From assembly GCA_047602405.1 (NCBI GenBank), contig JASGHJ010000001.1, positions 2,080,001-2,144,000 on the forward strand: 64,000 nt of DNA, in the 5' to 3' direction. The position numbers and the translations under genes were made by a program. The notes under the pieces are model-generated. The model worked only from the letters and a program-made list of their open reading frames with translations, searched no databases and had not been told where the DNA came from. Origin of the DNA: Anaeromyxobacteraceae bacterium (GTDB lineage Bacteria > Myxococcota > Myxococcia > Myxococcales > Anaeromyxobacteraceae). This document shows positions 55,081 through 64,000 of the stretch, in pieces; the first letter of the stretch is position 1, and each line of letters begins with the position of its first letter.

Positions 55081-55932
55081 CTACCGCTCCGCCTCCGCCT
55101 CCACCGCGCCGGCGCGGCCCCTCCGCCTGAACCTCGACAGGTCGCGGACCGTCTCGAAGTCCTCGCCGAGCAGCGCCGACAGGCTCCGCAGGATCGCCCG
55201 CGAGACCCGCTCCTCGCAGGCCGCGTCGAAGCGGATCTGCTCGTCGAGCCAGCGGTCGAGCCAGCCCGGGTCCGGGAGGCGGCTCTGGACGGTGTCGTCG
55301 GGGTAGAGCGCCTTCGAGACGTGCAGGTTCGTGGGGTGGAGCGGCCTCCCGCCCCGGCCGCCGCTCGCCATCAGCACGCCGACCTTCGCGAACGCGGCGG
55401 CTGCGCCCTCGCGGTCCTGCTCGAGCGCGCGCTGCATGTAGCGCAGGTACGCGCCGCCGTGCCGCGCCTCGTCCTCCGAGACGAGCCCGTAGATCCGCCG
55501 CAGCACGGGCTCGGTGTGCCACTCCGCGGCACGCTTGTACCAGCGGGTGAGCCGGAGCTCGCCGCAGAAGTGCAGCATGAGGGTCTCGAGCGCGGGTGCG
55601 GGGTCGAACTCGAAGCGCACGGCGTGCAGCTCGGCCTCGGTCGGCACGAGCGCCGGGCGGAAGCGGCGCAGGTACTCCATGAGCGCGAGCGCGTGCTTCT
55701 GCTCCTCGTAGAACCAGACCGACATGAAGGCGGAGAAGTCGCTGTCGTGCCGGTTGTCGCGCAGGAACATCTCGGTCGCGGGGAGCGCGGACCACTCGGT
55801 GATGGCGTTCATCTTCACCGTGTGCGCCTGCTCGTCGGTGAGCGCCGCGGGGTCGAAGGCGTCCCAGGGCACGTCGTCGGCGAGGCTCCAGCGGGCCCGC
55901 TCGAGGGACCTGAACAGCTCGGGGTAGAGCAC
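55081..55932 (-). CDS. Ferritin-like di-iron protein (acyl-ACP-desaturase-like fold)
   Basis: E...EEQKH...E...DEARH carboxylate di-iron motifs. Confidence 0.8.
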   Translation of the reverse strand: MLYPELFRSLERARWSLADDVPWDAFDPAALTDEQAHTVKMNAITEWSALPATEMFLRDNRHDSDFSAFMSVWFYEEQKHALALMEYLRRFRPALVPTEAELHAVRFEFDPAPALETLMLHFCGELRLTRWYKRAAEWHTEPVLRRIYGLVSEDEARHGGAYLRYMQRALEQDREGAAAAFAKVGVLMASGGRGGRPLHPTNLHVSKALYPDDTVQSRLPDPGWLDRWLDEQIRFDAACEERVSRAILRSLSALLGEDFETVRDLSRFRRRGRAGAVEAEAER

Positions 55933-56157
55933 GGGGGACTCCGAGGAAGAGAGGGGTTCCCGTTCTCCGCCCCGCGTGTCTCCGGGGTGTCACGAACCCG
56001 GGGCGCCCCCGGTCGGGAGGCCCCTTGCGGACCGACTGGCCGGTCGCGGGGCACGCGCGCGTCCCGCGGCCTGCGCGCCCGGGCGCGCGACCATCGGGCG
56101 CCTTCTCGTGCGCGTTCGAGCCTCCGCATGCTCCCATGCCACACGGAGGTGCTCGAC

Positions 56158-56418
56158 ATGGCCAAGCTCGATCCGCGTCACGCCGCCTGGACGGTCCCGC
56201 TGGAGCTCGACGACGCCGGGGCACGCACCGCGGACGATGGCGCCGACGTGACGCCGGCGGGGCTCGCCCGCCTGCTCGCCCAGCACGTCCGCGCCGCCGC
56301 GCCGGACTCGGCCGAGTGGAACCACCACGAGGAGGTGGAGCTCGAGCTCGACGAGCCGGCGCTCCGGCCGGATCCGTCCCAGGACGACGGCGCGCCGAAG
56401 GGCTGGCCGCCGGCGTAG
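56158..56418 (+). CDS. Small acidic hypothetical protein
   Basis: RBS GGAGGT before ATG; 86 aa with typical codon usage. Confidence 0.5.
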   Translation: MAKLDPRHAAWTVPLELDDAGARTADDGADVTPAGLARLLAQHVRAAAPDSAEWNHHEEVELELDEPALRPDPSQDDGAPKGWPPA

Positions 56419-56472
56419 CGCCGGTCAGGATCGAGCAGCCGGTGCCGGCGGCGGGTGCCGCCGGCAGCCGGG

Positions 56473-59400
56473 CTACGCCGCCGTCGCCTCGCGCGCGCGC
56501 TCGGAGAGCTTCACCGACACGAGCTTCGAGACGCCCGGCTCCTCCATGGTCACGCCGTAGAGCGTGTCCACCATCTCCATCGTCCGCTTGTTGTGCGTGA
56601 TGAGGATGAACTGGGAGTGCCGGCTCATCTCCTTCACGATGTCGTTGTAGCGGCCGACGTTGGCGTCGTCGAGCGGGGCGTCGACCTCGTCGAGGAGGCA
56701 GAACGGGGTCGGCTTGATCAGGAAGATGGCGAAGATGAGCGAGACGGCGGTGAGGGCCTTCTCGCCGCCGGAGAGCAGGTTCACGCTCTGCAGCTTCTTG
56801 CCGGGCGGCTGCGCGAAGACCTCGACGCCCGCCTCGCCCTCGCCGGAGTCGTCCTGCGTGAGCACGAGGCCGGCCCGGCCGCCGTTGAAGAGGCGCGGGA
56901 AGACCGCCTGGAACTTCTCGTTCACGCGGTCGAAGGTCTCGCGGAACCGCTCGCGCGAGGCCCGGTTGATCTTCACGATCGCGCTCTTGAGATCCGCGAG
57001 CGAGGCCTCGAGATCGGCCTTCTGCGCCGCGAGGAACGCGTGACGGCCGGCGAGCTCGTCGTACTCCTCGATGGCGGTGAGGTTGATGGGCCCCATCCGC
57101 TCCGCCTGGCCCTTCAGCTCCTCGAGCTTCTGGCGCTCGGCGTCACCGGGCGGCTTCTCGAGGTGGAAGCGCGAGATCTCGTACCTGAGCTCGGCCTGGC
57201 AGCGCTCGCGGGTCTGCTCCTCGAGGTGCACGAGCTCGAGGGCGTGCTCGCGGCCGGTGAGCGAGACCTCGGAGAGCTCCTGGCGGACGGCCTCGACCCG
57301 CGTGCGCAGGTCGCGCCCCTCGGCCTCACGGCTGCGCGAGGCGACGGCGAGCGACTCGTGCTCGGCGCGGGCGGCGGCGTGCGCGGCCTTCGCGGCCGAG
57401 AGATCCTCGCCCAGGCGGGTGAGGTCGACCCGCGTGCCCTCGAGGCGGCCGCGCAGCTCGGCGGCGCGGGCGTTCTGCTCGGAGAGGGCCGCGAAGAGGC
57501 GGCCGCGGCGCTCCTCGACCTCGCGCAGCGCGTCCTCGACCCGGCGCATCGCGGAGCCGATGCCCTCGCGCCGCTCGGCGTCGGCGGCGACCTTCACCTT
57601 GAGGTTGACGAGCTCGGAGGTGAGCACGTCGCCGCGCTGGCGGGTCTCGTCGAGGCGGGCGATCGTGTCGCGGGCGCGCTCCTCGAGCCGTGACTGCTCG
57701 GCGCCGGCGGTGGCGGCGGCGAGGCGGTGCTCCTCCTCCTCGCGCTGCAGCGCCTGCGCGGACTCCTCGAGCTGGCCGCGCTCGACCTCGAGCTGGGCGA
57801 GGCGGGCGCCGACCCGCTCGAGCTCCTCGCCGACGCGGGCGAGGTCCTTCTCCTCCTCGAGGAGGGCGAGCTCCTTCTCGCGGCCGTCCTTGTCGAGGCT
57901 CTTCAGCGTGGCCTCGAGCTGGAGCAGGCGGGCCTGCAGGGTCCGGTGGCGCTCCTGGGCGAGGGCGAACTCGGCCTCGAACGCGCGGACCGTCTCCTCG
58001 AGCTCCTGCACCTCGCGGCGGCGCTGAAGGGCGCCGTGGCCCTCGCCCTCGAGCGGGCCGCCGGTGACGACGCCGGCGGCGTCGAGCACCTCGCCGTCGA
58101 GCGTGACGAGCGTGCGGCGGCCGGCGCCCTGCTGCCAGAGCTCGAGCGCGGAGGGGAGGTCGCGGACGATGATGGCGTCGCCGAGCAGGAGGCGCGCGAC
58201 GCGCTCGTAGGACGGCTCGAACTTCACGACCTCGAGGCAGGAGGCGATGAAGCCCGGGTGCTCGCGGTCGAGCGGCCCGGCGTCGCCCTCCTCGCGCAGG
58301 CGCGAGAGCGGGATGAGCGACGCGCGCCCCTCGGCGGCGGTCTTGAGGTAGTCGATGGCCTCGACGCCCTGGGCGTGGCTCTCGACGATGACGTACTGGA
58401 GCCGGTCGCCGAGCACCGCCTCGATGGCGTTCTCGTACTCGGCGGGCGCGGAGACGACGTCGGCGACGAGGCCGAAGATGCCGCGGTCGCGCGCCTCGGC
58501 CTGCCCGGCCCGGGTCATGATGCTGCGCACGCCGCGGCCGTAGCCCTCGTAGTTCCGGACGATCTCGACCAGCGACGACAGCCGGGAGCGCTTCTCCGCG
58601 AGCTCCTCGCGCAGCGTGATGAGCTTCGCCTCGTTCTGGATGAACTCGGCGCGGGTGCGGTCGAGCACCTCCTCGTGCGCGCCGCGCTGCTCGTCGAGCC
58701 GCAGCTTCAGCTGGCGGGTCTGGCCGAGCTTCTCGGCGTGCCGCGAGCGGTTCGTGTCGAGCTGGGTCGCGCGCTGCGAGAGGTCGTCGGCCTCCGCGCG
58801 GTTCTTGTGGATGCGGGCCCTGAGGTCGAGCTTCTGCCGCTCGAGCTGGGCGAGCTGCGAGGAGTGGGTGGCGGCCTCCTGGGCGGCGGCGGCCGCGGCG
58901 GCGCGGGCCTGCTCGGCGTCGGACTGGAGCGCGCCCTGCTCGCGGCCGGCCTCGCGGAGCGCGACCTCGGCCTCGGCGAGGCGGCCCTCGTCGCTCGTCA
59001 CGAGCGAGGAGAGCTCGTCGCGCTGGCGCAGCAGCGCCTCGCGCTCGGCGGCGAGCGCCTCGGCCTGCTCCTTCAGCGCCTCGACCTCGGCGGCCTGGGC
59101 GTGGGAGCGCTCGGCGATCTGCTCGAGCTCGCGCGCGGCGGCCTCCACCGAGACCTCCGACACGCGGGCCTGGCTCTCGAGCTCGTGCTCCCTGGCGCCG
59201 AGGTCGGCGAGGCGGCCCTCGCTCTCGGCGAGCAGCGCGCGGTCCTGCTCGAGCGAGACCTCGAGCGCGGCGGCGCGGGCGGAGCGCTCGGCCTCCTCCG
59301 CCTTGAGCACGGCGAGCCGCTCCTCGGCGGCGCGGCGGGTGGCGGTGAGCTCGAGGTAGCGCGCGGCGGCGGAGCGGAGCTCGAGCTCGCGGATCTGGGT

Positions 59401-60069
59401 GCGGAGTCCCTTGTACTTCTCGGCCTTGCGGGCCTGGCGGTTGAGGCCGTCGAGCTGCTTGCCCAGCTCCTGCACGAGGTCGGCGACCCGCGTGAGGTTC
59501 GTCTGGGTGGCCTCCATCTTCCGCTCGGCGGCCTCGCGGCGCTTCTTGTACTTCGTGATGCCCGCGGCCTCCTCGATGATGGCGCGGCGGTCCTCGGGGC
59601 GGGCGGAGACGATCTGGCCGATGCGGCCCTGCTCGATGATCGAGTAGGCGGTGCGGCCGACGCCGGAGCCGAAGAAGATGTCGTTCACGTCGAGCAGGCG
59701 GGCCTGCACGCCGTTGATGAGGTACTCGGACTCGCCGGTGCGGTAGAGCCGGCGGCCGACGGTGATCTCGGAGAAGCCCTGGAACTGCGCGGGCAGCTCC
59801 ATCGGGCGGTCGTTGTCGAAGGTGAGGAGGACCTCCGCCATGGAGAGCGGGGGCTTCGACTCCGAGCCGTTGAAGATCACGTCCTCCATGGAGCGGCCGC
59901 GGAGGTGGCGGGCGGACTGCTCGCCGAGCACCCAGCGGATGGCGTCCGCCACGTTCGACTTGCCGCATCCGTTGGGCCCGACCACGCCCGTCACGCCCTC
60001 GTCGAAGGCGACGACGACCCGGTCCATGAAGGACTTGAACCCCGTGATGTCGAGCCGCCGGATCCGCAT
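56473..60069 (-). CDS. smc: Chromosome segregation protein SMC
   Basis: GFKSF, GPNGCGKSN, long coiled coils, hinge (G..G.VAD...A.EA.LG...GRAS.IPL), LSGGE, LDEVDAPLD. Confidence 0.97.
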   Translation of the reverse strand: MRIRRLDITGFKSFMDRVVVAFDEGVTGVVGPNGCGKSNVADAIRWVLGEQSARHLRGRSMEDVIFNGSESKPPLSMAEVLLTFDNDRPMELPAQFQGFSEITVGRRLYRTGESEYLINGVQARLLDVNDIFFGSGVGRTAYSIIEQGRIGQIVSARPEDRRAIIEEAAGITKYKKRREAAERKMEATQTNLTRVADLVQELGKQLDGLNRQARKAEKYKGLRTQIRELELRSAAARYLELTATRRAAEERLAVLKAEEAERSARAAALEVSLEQDRALLAESEGRLADLGAREHELESQARVSEVSVEAAARELEQIAERSHAQAAEVEALKEQAEALAAEREALLRQRDELSSLVTSDEGRLAEAEVALREAGREQGALQSDAEQARAAAAAAAQEAATHSSQLAQLERQKLDLRARIHKNRAEADDLSQRATQLDTNRSRHAEKLGQTRQLKLRLDEQRGAHEEVLDRTRAEFIQNEAKLITLREELAEKRSRLSSLVEIVRNYEGYGRGVRSIMTRAGQAEARDRGIFGLVADVVSAPAEYENAIEAVLGDRLQYVIVESHAQGVEAIDYLKTAAEGRASLIPLSRLREEGDAGPLDREHPGFIASCLEVVKFEPSYERVARLLLGDAIIVRDLPSALELWQQGAGRRTLVTLDGEVLDAAGVVTGGPLEGEGHGALQRRREVQELEETVRAFEAEFALAQERHRTLQARLLQLEATLKSLDKDGREKELALLEEEKDLARVGEELERVGARLAQLEVERGQLEESAQALQREEEEHRLAAATAGAEQSRLEERARDTIARLDETRQRGDVLTSELVNLKVKVAADAERREGIGSAMRRVEDALREVEERRGRLFAALSEQNARAAELRGRLEGTRVDLTRLGEDLSAAKAAHAAARAEHESLAVASRSREAEGRDLRTRVEAVRQELSEVSLTGREHALELVHLEEQTRERCQAELRYEISRFHLEKPPGDAERQKLEELKGQAERMGPINLTAIEEYDELAGRHAFLAAQKADLEASLADLKSAIVKINRASRERFRETFDRVNEKFQAVFPRLFNGGRAGLVLTQDDSGEGEAGVEVFAQPPGKKLQSVNLLSGGEKALTAVSLIFAIFLIKPTPFCLLDEVDAPLDDANVGRYNDIVKEMSRHSQFILITHNKRTMEMVDTLYGVTMEEPGVSKLVSVKLSERAREATAA

Positions 60070-60186
60070 GGATGACGGCGATATCACGGCAGATCCCGAC
60101 GTTCAAGGGCGACCCTACATGCCATGTCACGCGAGGCAGGTCACGAAGGGGAAAGCGGCGCCCGCGCGGGGTAGACTCGCGCTCCG

Positions 60187-62664
60187 ATGCGCAGCCCCGC
60201 CGCCGACCTCCAGCGTAACGTCACCCTGATCTCGACCGTCGCCATGATGGTCGCGGCCGGGTTCGGCTCCGTCGTGCTCGACCTCGGCGACGTCGAGCGC
60301 GAGCGGGCCGCCCTCGCCGCGGTCGGCGGCGTGGTCGCCCAGGCCGGCCTCGTCCTCCTGCTCGTCGCCCTCGCGCTCCGGCCGGTGCGCCGGGCGCTCC
60401 TCGCCGGCCCCTCGCTCGGGGTCGACGAGGCGGCGGCCGCCACCCGCGCCACGCACCGGGTGCCGGGCCTCGTCGCGTCGAGCGTGCTCGCGGCGGGCGC
60501 GGCGACCACCGCCGGCGTCGTGTGGGTGCTCATCGGCGGTGGCGCGCCGCAGGATTTCGCGCTGGCGGGCGGCGCGGTCGGCCTCGCGGGCGCGACCCTC
60601 GGCGCGATGCTCGCCTACGCCCTCTCGGTCACCGCGGGCGCCCGGGTCTTCGAGGCGATCGGCTCGAGGGCCGACGTCGCGCTGCGCGGCACGGTCCGCG
60701 GCAAGATCTTCCTCCTCGGCTTCGCCCTCGTGACGCTCACCGCGCTCGTCCTCGGGCCCACGGCGTACGTCGCCTACCGCCGGACGATCGAGCGCGACTA
60801 CCTCGACCACGCGCGGCGGGCGCTCCACTCCGCGGTGGAGGTCGTCCGCCGGCACACGGCGGTGGAGGCCGCCGAGCACGTCTACACCGCGACCGGCGCG
60901 ACCACCGTCGTGCTGGGGCCCGCCGGCGTCGTCGCGCGCTTCGGCCCGATGGACGGCCCGTTCCTCGACGCCCGCCGGGGCGGCGGACAGAGCCGCATCC
61001 CGGGCCAGGGCTGGCTGCTCTCCGCGCCGCACCACTCCGGCGCCGACGTGGTGGCCTGGCTGCCCGACGCGCCGCTCGAGCGCCAGCGCTGGGACTTCGG
61101 CGTCTCGCTCACCTACATGGCGTTCTGGGTCTACGTCTTCGGCGCGCTCATGGCCTGGCTCGCGGCGCGCGCCATCACGCTCCCGTTCCTGACCCTCGGC
61201 AGGGCCGCCGACCGCATCGCGGGCGGCGACCTCACCGTGAGCCCGCCCTCGCTCTCGCGCGACGAGGTCGGCCAGCTCGCCGCGGACTTCCGCCGCATGG
61301 CCCAGGGGCTGAAGGCGCTCGTGGTGGACGTGCAGTCCGCCTCGGAGGGCGTGTCGCTCGGCGCCCGCGAGGCGGGCGCCATCGGCGAGCGGGTCCGCAC
61401 CGGCGCGCTCGACCAGCGGTCCGGCGTCGAGCACGTGCGCGGCTCGGTCGAGGCGATGGACGACTCCATCGCGCTCGTCTCGCGCGGCCTGGGCGGCCTC
61501 TCCGAGTACGTCTCGGGGACGAACCAGGCGGTCGAGGAGATGACGTCCGCGTTCGAGGAGGTCCGCAAGAAGGGGACCGAGCTCGAGCGGTCGATGGACG
61601 CGGCGCTGCGCGACATCGAGCACCTCGCCCTCGCCGGGCGCGACGCCGAGTCGACGCTCGGCGAGCTCGAGGGGCTGGCGGGCCACGCGGGCGGCACCCT
61701 CGCCGCGGTGCGCGCGTCGATGGCGAGCCTCGAACGCGCCGCCTCCGACTCGGAGGGCACCGCCAACTTCATCAACGAGCTCGCCCAGCGGGCGGGCGGC
61801 GTCGTCGAGGAGACGGTGCACGGCATCGACGCCCTGCGCGCCGCGGTGTCCGACGCGCACCGCCGCATCACCGCGCTCGGCCGCCGCTCCGACGACGTCG
61901 ACCAGGTCGTCGACTTCATCGCCGAGGTCGCCGGCCGCACGAACCTCCTCTCGCTCAACGCCTCCATCATCGCCTCGCAGGCGGGCGAGCACGGCAAGGC
62001 CTTCTCGGTCGTCGCCGACCAGATCCGCGAGCTCGCCACCCAGATCGCCCGCTCGACGAAGTCGATCGGCGAGATCATCCACTCGCTCCGCGAGGAGGTG
62101 GAGGGCGCGGCCGCGCTCATCGACCGCGGCGACGCGCTCGCGGTCGAGGGCGTGCAGCTCGCGCGGAACTCGCTCGAGGCGCTCGAGAACATCCAGCGCT
62201 CGACCTCCGGCGGCATCGAGACCGCCGGCGCGATCCGCTCCGCCGTCGACGCCCACGGCACCTCCGCCCGCGAGGTCTCGCAGCTCGTCGAGTCCGTCGC
62301 GAACGGCTCCCGCGCCGTCGCCCAGGCGGTCCAGCTCGTCGGCCGCAGCGTGACCGCCGTGAACTCGGTCTCCCGCGGCGTGAAGGCGATGGCCGATCAG
62401 GTCTCGCACGCCCTCGAGGAGCAGTCCGGCCAGGGCAAGCGCCAGCTCGAGAGCCTCACCCGCCTCGACCGGATGATCGCGGAGATCTCGCGCGCGGTGG
62501 ACAACCACAACGCCGCCACCCGGCGCGTCCACGAGGCGCTGCAGGCCCTCGCGCACACCGCCGGCGATCACGAGTCCGCCGTGTCGGGCCTCTCCGGCGT
62601 CGCGGACCGCCTCGGGAACCGCGCCCGCGCGCTGCAGGACCGCGTCGGGCGGTTCAAGGTCTAG
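60187..62664 (+). CDS. Methyl-accepting chemotaxis protein
   Basis: Multiple TM helices, HAMP (DEVGQLA..F..M), hairpin IAEVAGRTNLLSLNASIIASQAGEHGKAFSVVADQIRELA. Confidence 0.93.
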   Translation: MRSPAADLQRNVTLISTVAMMVAAGFGSVVLDLGDVERERAALAAVGGVVAQAGLVLLLVALALRPVRRALLAGPSLGVDEAAAATRATHRVPGLVASSVLAAGAATTAGVVWVLIGGGAPQDFALAGGAVGLAGATLGAMLAYALSVTAGARVFEAIGSRADVALRGTVRGKIFLLGFALVTLTALVLGPTAYVAYRRTIERDYLDHARRALHSAVEVVRRHTAVEAAEHVYTATGATTVVLGPAGVVARFGPMDGPFLDARRGGGQSRIPGQGWLLSAPHHSGADVVAWLPDAPLERQRWDFGVSLTYMAFWVYVFGALMAWLAARAITLPFLTLGRAADRIAGGDLTVSPPSLSRDEVGQLAADFRRMAQGLKALVVDVQSASEGVSLGAREAGAIGERVRTGALDQRSGVEHVRGSVEAMDDSIALVSRGLGGLSEYVSGTNQAVEEMTSAFEEVRKKGTELERSMDAALRDIEHLALAGRDAESTLGELEGLAGHAGGTLAAVRASMASLERAASDSEGTANFINELAQRAGGVVEETVHGIDALRAAVSDAHRRITALGRRSDDVDQVVDFIAEVAGRTNLLSLNASIIASQAGEHGKAFSVVADQIRELATQIARSTKSIGEIIHSLREEVEGAAALIDRGDALAVEGVQLARNSLEALENIQRSTSGGIETAGAIRSAVDAHGTSAREVSQLVESVANGSRAVAQAVQLVGRSVTAVNSVSRGVKAMADQVSHALEEQSGQGKRQLESLTRLDRMIAEISRAVDNHNAATRRVHEALQALAHTAGDHESAVSGLSGVADRLGNRARALQDRVGRFKV

Positions 62665-62675
62665 AGGAGACGAGA

Positions 62676-62717
62676 CGGAGTCGGAGTCGGAGTCGGATCC
62701 GGATCCGGAGTCGGATC
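62676..62717. repeat. Hexanucleotide tandem repeat CGGA(GT/TC) x7
   Basis: CGGAGT CGGAGT CGGAGT CGGATC CGGATC CGGAGT CGGATC between convergent genes. Confidence 0.85.
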
Positions 62718-62719
62718 CC

Positions 62720-64000
62720 TCACCCCGGCCCCGCGCAGGCGGGGAGCGCGCGGGTGCTCTCCGCGCCGTACCTGCACGCCGCCTCGAGGTTCCGCCGCGC
62801 GCCCACGTCCCCGGGCGAGAGCGCGAGCGCGCGGCCGAACGCCTCGACGGCCTCCGGCATCCGGCCGAGCGCCCCGAGCGCGTTGCCGAGGGTGATCCAG
62901 CCGCGCGTGCTCGCGGGCGCGAGCGCGACGGACCGCCGGGCCGCGCGCTCGGCCTCCTCCGGCCGGCGCAGGGCGAGCTCGACGGAGGCGAGGTCGTCCC
63001 ACGCCAGGGCGCCGTCCGGCGCGAGCGCCGTGGCCCGGGCGAGCGCCTCGCGGGCCTCCGCCGGCCGGCCGCCCTCGAAGAGCGTGCGCCCGAGGAGCGA
63101 CCAGGAGACGGCGTCCTCCGGCGCGGCGCGCGCGGCCCGCCGGGCAGCCTCGAGCGCCTCCGGTCCGCGGCCGAGCTCGCGGAGCGAGGCGGCGAGGTTC
63201 TGCAGGCCGAGCGGCTGGTCCGGCGCGATGCGGACCGCCTCCTCCGCCCGGCGCAGCGCCTCGGCGGGCCTGCCGATGGCGCCGTAGAACGACGCGAGGC
63301 TCGCCTGGGCGAACGCGTTCGGCCCGGTGACCTCGAGCGCGTGCAGGAAGAGCGTCTCGTGGTCTCGCCAGAGGGACACCTGCCGGACCGTCGCGACGCC
63401 GAGCGCGGCGAGCACCGCGAGGGCGCCGGCGGCGAGCCCCCGGGGGCGGTGGCGGGCGAGCGCGCCGGGGCGCGCCCCGGCGAGAGCGAAGCCGGCGAAG
63501 GCGGCCGCCAGCGCGAGGCCGATCGACGGCACGTAGGTGTAGCGGTCCGCCATCGCCTGGTCGCCCACGCGCACGAGGCCCGAGACCGGGACGAGCGTGC
63601 CGAGGTACCAGAGCCAGCCGACCGCGAGCCACGGCGCCCGCCGGCGCCAGGCGATCGCGAGCGCGGTCACCGCGGCGAGCCCGGCGGCGCTGCCCGCCAC
63701 GGCGAGCGCGCCGAAGCCGTCCGCCGGGCGCGGGTAGAAGACGGCGAGGTCCGCGGGCCAGGCGGTCTTCCCGAGGTAGCGCGCGGCGGCGACCGTCGCG
63801 GTGGCGAGCCGCGGGGCGAGCGGCGCGTCCGCGCCGGAGGCGATCGCCCCGCCGCGCGCCTGGGCCAGGACGGTCACCGCCGACGAGGCCGCGGCGAGCG
63901 CGAGCAGCGGGAGCTTCTCGAGCGCGAGGGCGGCGAGCGTCCGCTGCCGGGGATCGCCGTCCCGGGGCGGGAGCCAGCCCGCGACCCGGCGGAGCGGCCA
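62720..64000 (-). CDS. TMTC-like membrane protein with C-terminal TPRs (putative GT-C O-glycosyltransferase); 5' end outside window
   Basis: EKLPL, P.DL..FYP, LVPVSG...ADRYTYVPSIGL, W.D..TLF..AL, then TPRs. Confidence 0.8.
   Translation of the reverse strand, partial: WPLRRVAGWLPPRDGDPRQRTLAALALEKLPLLALAAASSAVTVLAQARGGAIASGADAPLAPRLATATVAAARYLGKTAWPADLAVFYPRPADGFGALAVAGSAAGLAAVTALAIAWRRRAPWLAVGWLWYLGTLVPVSGLVRVGDQAMADRYTYVPSIGLALAAAFAGFALAGARPGALARHRPRGLAAGALAVLAALGVATVRQVSLWRDHETLFLHALEVTGPNAFAQASLASFYGAIGRPAEALRRAEEAVRIAPDQPLGLQNLAASLRELGRGPEALEAARRAARAAPEDAVSWSLLGRTLFEGGRPAEAREALARATALAPDGALAWDDLASVELALRRPEEAERAARRSVALAPASTRGWITLGNALGALGRMPEAVEAFGRALALSPGDVGARRNLEAACRYGAESTRALPACAGPG

Noticed and set aside
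56126..56141. Minus-strand sigma54 promoter (TGGCATGGGAGCATGC) for the ferritin-like gene
   Set aside because: GG-to-GC spacing is one base too long for the strict -24/-12 geometry.

Overview
Very GC-rich, gene-dense chromosomal segment of an Anaeromyxobacter-like myxobacterium (Myxococcota; assigned from gene order and protein features, not from a database search). The conserved backbone runs pilO-pilP-pilQ-lipoprotein-mglC-efp-accB-accC-sgmX-ExeA-like ATPase-tamB-tamA/bamA-like, then ppx-tolB-tolA-tolR-tolQ, then murI-romY-ftsE-ftsX-envC-ctpA-GT2, ftsY, smc, an MCP and a TPR membrane protein. Two accessory blocks interrupt it. The first (about 18.4-29.1 kb) holds a hemerythrin-PAS protein, a HAD phosphatase, a TetR-controlled aldolase/aminotransferase/FGGY-kinase/MFS cluster, a DUF222-like HNH gene and a methyltransferase. 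The second (about 45.1-56.4 kb) holds large surface lipoproteins and di-iron enzymes. Main observations: (1) a family of about 45-bp palindromic elements, CCCGAGCGTA-[covarying hairpin]-GGAG(T/A)CGAGGG, occurs in 8 full copies; three lie in-frame inside pilQ and ftsY, one supplies a stop codon, and a cluster surrounds the HNH gene; (2) the HNH gene has a LexA-type box beside its promoter; (3) there is a compact, uncharacterised amino-sugar/aminopolyol-type catabolic cluster with a perfect TetR operator; (4) six +1 frameshifts in conserved genes sit at or next to GATC, most likely sequencing errors that record GATC methylation. No rRNA, tRNA, CRISPR array or IS transposase was recognised.
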